Source: the human T2T-CHM13v2.0 reference genome, Homo sapiens. Taken from it: a stretch of 64,000 nt of DNA. Below the pieces are notes generated by a model. The model was not told the origin of the DNA, ran no database searches, and was given only the letters and a program-made list of their open reading frames with translations. Where the stretch lies: assembly GCF_009914755.1 (NCBI RefSeq), contig NC_060930.1; one strand, given 5' to 3'. Each line of letters starts with the position of its first letter. The stretch's first letter is position 1. This document shows, one piece after another, positions 62,361 through 64,000 of the stretch. Both the position numbers and the translations under genes were made by a program.

Positions 62361-63396
62361 CTTTGTGGTTTTATATACTTTTGGTCTTTGATGATGGTGA
62401 TGTACAGATGGGTTTTTGGTGTGGATGTCCTTTCTGTTTGTTAGTTTTCCTTCTAACAGACGGGACCCTCAGCTGCAGGTATGTTAGAGTTTGCTAGAGG
62501 TCTACTCCAGACCCTGTTTGCTTGGGTACCAGCAGTGGTGGCTGCAGAACAGCGGATTTTTGTGTACCGCGAATGCTGCTGTCTGATCGTTCTTCTGGAA
62601 GTTTTGTCTCAGAGGAGTACCCGGCCTTGTGAGGTGTCAGTCTGCCCCTACTGCGGGGTGCCTCCCAGTTAGGCTGCTCGGGGGTCAGGGGTCAGGGACC
62701 CACTTGAGGAGGCAGTCTGCCCATTCTCAGATCTCCAGCTGTGTGCTGGGAGAACCAATGCTCTCTTCAAAGCTGTCAGACAGGGACATTTAAGTCTATA
62801 CAGGTTACTGCTGTCTTTTTGTTTGTCTGTGACCTGCCCCCAGAGGTGGAGCCTACAGAGGCAGGTGGCCTCCTTGAGCTGTGGTGGGCTCCACCCAGTT
62901 GGAGCTTCCCGGCTGCTTTGTTTACCTAAGCGAGCCTGGGCAATGGCCGGTGCCCCTCCCTCAGCCTCGCTGCCGCCTTGCAGTTTGATCTCAGACTGCT
63001 GTGGTAGCAATCAGCGAGACTCCATGGGTGTAGGACCCTCTGAGCCATGTGCGGGATATAATCTCCTGGTGCGCCATATTTTAAGCCTGTCAGAAAAGCT
63101 CAGTATTGGGGTGGGAGTGACCCGATTTTCCTGGTGCCGTCTGTCACCCCTTTCTTTGACTAGGAAAGGGAACTCCCTGACCCCTTGCACTTCCCGAGTA
63201 AGGCAATGCCTCACCCTGCTTTGGCTCGTGCATGGTGTCCTGCACCCACTGTCCTGCACCCACTGTCTGGCACTCCCTAGTGAGATGAACCCGGTACCTC
63301 AGATGGAAATGCAGAAATCACCCGTCTTCTGTGTCGCTCACGCTGGGAGCTGTAGACCAGAGCTGTTCCTATTCGGCCATCTTGGCTCCCCCCTCC
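62361..63396 (-). promoter_or_regulatory. L1 5'UTR internal sense and antisense promoter, YY1 site intact
   Basis: YY1 motif GCCAAGATGGCCG on the minus strand at 63374-63386, with locally elevated CpG. Confidence 0.85.
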
Positions 63397-63410
63397 AGAG
63401 TATAATTTGA
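62943..63410 (+). CDS. L1 antisense ORF0-like frame, extended to 155 aa
   Basis: MAGAPPSASLPPCSLISDCC... is the ORF0 N-terminus. The frame stays open past the element's 5' end. Expression is unknown. Confidence 0.45.
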   Translation: MAGAPPSASLPPCSLISDCCGSNQRDSMGVGPSEPCAGYNLLVRHILSLSEKLSIGVGVTRFSWCRLSPLSLTRKGNSLTPCTSRVRQCLTLLWLVHGVLHPLSCTHCLALPSEMNPVPQMEMQKSPVFCVAHAGSCRPELFLFGHLGSPLQSII

Positions 63411-64000
63411 AGTCAGGTAATGTGATGCCTCTAGCTTTGTTCTCTTCACTAAATGATCAGGGAAAACTGGATGTCCATATGCAGAAGAATGACACTAGAC
63501 CCCTTTGTCTCACCATGTACAAAAGTCAAATCAAAATGAATTAAATACAAATCTAACATCAGAAACTATGAAACTACTAGAAGAAAACACTAGGGAAATG
63601 CTCCAGAGTGTTGGTTTGGGCAAAGATTTTTTATGTAAGAATTCAGAAGCACAGACAACCAAAGCAAAAGGGGACAAATGGGATTATATCAAGCTAAAAA
63701 GCTCTGCACAGCAAAGGAAACAATCTACAGTAAACAGACAACCCACAGATTGGGGAAAATATTTGCAATCTGTTTATCTAACAAGATATTAATAACCAGA
63801 ATATATAAGGAGCTCAAACAACTCAATAGGGAGAAAAACAAATATGATTAAGAAATGGTCAAAAGATGTAAATAGACATTTCTCTAAAGGAGGCATACAA
63901 ATGGCCAACAGGCATATGAAAAAATGCTCAACATCACTAATCATCAGAAAAACACAAATGAAAGCCACAATGATATATCTTCTCACCCTTGTTAGAATAG
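63397..64000 (+). mobile_element. Old LINE-1 (L1MA/PB-type) ORF2 3' region with a short inverted piece, running off the window
   Basis: 63397-63445 is minus-strand ORF2 (gtataatttgaagtcaggtaatgtgatgcc). From ~63450 plus-strand ORF2 reads ETMKLLEEN...KWDYIKLKS. Confidence 0.88.

Overview
This is primate (ape-like, probably human or another great ape) non-coding genomic DNA; I cannot name the locus. No intact host protein-coding gene, tRNA/rRNA or CRISPR array is evident. The left half (1-33.6 kb) is AT-rich unique sequence with only three Alus, scattered ancient MIR/L2/DNA-transposon relics, several enhancer-like CpG-retaining blocks and one plausible small exon at ~8.7 kb. The right half (33.6-64 kb) is dominated by LINE-1: a 5'-truncated L1PA4-like copy, a full-length but disrupted L1PA3 (long 5'UTR form), a twin-primed inverted L1, older L1PA15/16, L1MA and L1MD-like copies, and nested Alus. 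All long ORFs in the track are L1 remnants or Alu/low-complexity artefacts. The notable oddities are: (i) two L1 copies of different subfamilies, 23.6 kb apart, share nine non-consensus substitutions, including one in the RT QG motif; (ii) the full-length L1PA3 has no TSD and its flanks do not rejoin; (iii) a 77-bp polyadenylated retrocopy with an 11-bp TSD sits inside an L1; (iv) there is a perfect 21-bp hairpin at 3.2 kb. I found no convincing new biological system. Subfamily calls are from remembered consensus sequences, not a database search.
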